Of a stretch of 64,000 nucleotides of DNA, positions 63,296 to 64,000 are shown one piece after another (positions within the stretch are counted from its first letter, which is position 1; each line of letters starts with the position of its first letter). The stretch comes from a virus, in the IMG/VR virus record IMGVR_UViG_3300029305_006221, positions 64,001 through 128,000 of that record. The stretch is one strand, 5' to 3'. A model generated the notes under the pieces. That model was not told the origin of the DNA and ran no database searches. It worked only from the letters and a program-made list of their open reading frames with translations. A program made the translations under genes and the position numbers.

Positions 63296-63467
63296 TTTTA
63301 TTTTCTCCTTTTGTAAATTTTCTTATCCAAGCTTTATATTCTTCTTGAGCTTGAACGAGATATTTTAAAATAATATCTCGTTCAATACTGCTATCTGTTC
63401 CTACTAAAATATGATACATAAACTCATTTTCATAAGTCTCTTCTGTATAGTTTTTTTGTATCATCAT
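63285..63467 (-). CDS. hypothetical small protein, 60 aa
   Basis: Intact ORF overlapping both neighbours by a few nt. Confidence 0.4.
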   Translation of the reverse strand: MMIQKNYTEETYENEFMYHILVGTDSSIERDIILKYLVQAQEEYKAWIRKFTKGENKNGK

Positions 63468-64000
63468 TCTTCTGCATCAACCCTTTCATGATTTAATTCC
63501 ATATTACGTCCATCGTTGCATAGAGTAATTTGGTAAACACTGTGTGTTGGAGTATGTTTATAGGTCTTTACTACAAACTGGTCTCCTCTGCGATAACCTG
63601 TGAACATAAGAAGATTTCCACGTTTAAACCATCCGCGCTCAACTATTTTTTTTGTCCCATCTTCTTGTTTTTCAGATATTTGTTTCTTAAATTTTGCATA
63701 TTGATCTTTTGTAAGTTTAACTGTTACAACTCCATTTGGAGTGAGTAAAGTTAAAGAAGCTTTATTATCATTCTTTGCGATTACAGTTCCAATAATTTTA
63801 TGCGTTTTCCAAATCGGAATCTGCTGACCATTTCGCTTAAAGTAGTAATCAACTTCTGGCTCTTCTGGAAGCGCAAAGAAGTTTGAAATACCATACTTAT
63901 GAGTGTCAACATTTGCTAACTCGTGCTCATGGTAATAGAAACATAAAGATTCCATTTCCCAAGAGGATAAAGATCCTTGAGCATATTTATTCCAAGTATC
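63464..64000 (-). CDS. C-terminal part of a larger protein whose ORF continues beyond the window end
   Basis: No stop upstream of ATG 63955 out to position 64000 (…DTWNKYAQGSLSSWEMES…). No in-frame TAG. Replication-module context. Confidence 0.45.
   Translation of the reverse strand, partial: DTWNKYAQGSLSSWEMESLCFYYHEHELANVDTHKYGISNFFALPEEPEVDYYFKRNGQQIPIWKTHKIIGTVIAKNDNKASLTLLTPNGVVTVKLTKDQYAKFKKQISEKQEDGTKKIVERGWFKRGNLLMFTGYRRGDQFVVKTYKHTPTHSVYQITLCNDGRNMELNHERVDAEE

Noticed and set aside
1-64000. Integrase, att sites, CRISPR arrays, tRNA genes
   Set aside because: I did not recognise any in this window. No tyrosine/serine recombinase motifs and no tRNA T-loop/anticodon architecture were found by eye. 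Whether the element is a prophage or a virulent phage cannot be decided from this window.

Overview
This 64-kb window is an AT-rich (roughly one-third GC) tailed-phage or prophage region. The inferred host is a low-GC anaerobic Firmicutes-type bacterium, judging from AGGAGG-type ribosome-binding sites, TTG starts, near-consensus sigma-70 promoters and an anaerobic NrdD/NrdG/NrdH ribonucleotide-reductase set.

The window has three parts.
- 1-4460, minus strand: an early region of small TAG-free genes. It has three TTGACA-17-TATAAT promoters, operator-like repeats, GC-rich hairpins and a strongly promoted, GC-rich ~400-nt non-coding RNA that I cannot assign to any known family.
- 4590-56480, plus strand: a long late operon. 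It encodes two zinc-ribbon proteins, large terminase, a DUF559-like endonuclease, portal, scaffold-like protein, major capsid protein, connector proteins, major tail protein, a 3167-aa tape-measure protein, a 1649-aa tail protein, several HylP-N-like tail fibres, a paralogous receptor-binding-protein cassette with BspA-type leucine-rich repeats, a GT2 glycosyltransferase with a small membrane protein, and baseplate-like proteins. It ends in an accessory cassette of Gly-rich, Cys-rich, BclA-C1q-like and Tyr/Gly-rich proteins.
- 56499-64000, minus strand: a nucleotide-metabolism/replication module. It encodes a RuvC-like resolvase, dUTPase, an FTR-like protein, NrdG, intein-containing NrdD, NrdH and a guanylate-kinase-like protein.

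The dominant observation is that the late genes only make sense if TAG is a sense codon. Dozens of ORF-track fragments join into single long frames that end only at TAA or TGA. This is amber-codon reassignment, most simply TAG read as Gln as in code 15, although the sequence alone cannot fix the amino acid. The recoding is temporal rather than strand-specific. Early genes avoid TAG. The most abundant structural genes (scaffold, major capsid, major tail) and a 6.7-kb receptor-binding/glycosyltransferase island also lack TAG. Terminase, portal, tape measure, minor tail proteins and RuvC are TAG-dense. nrdD carries a single TAG in an N-terminal extension. No suppressor tRNA or release-factor gene is visible in this window.
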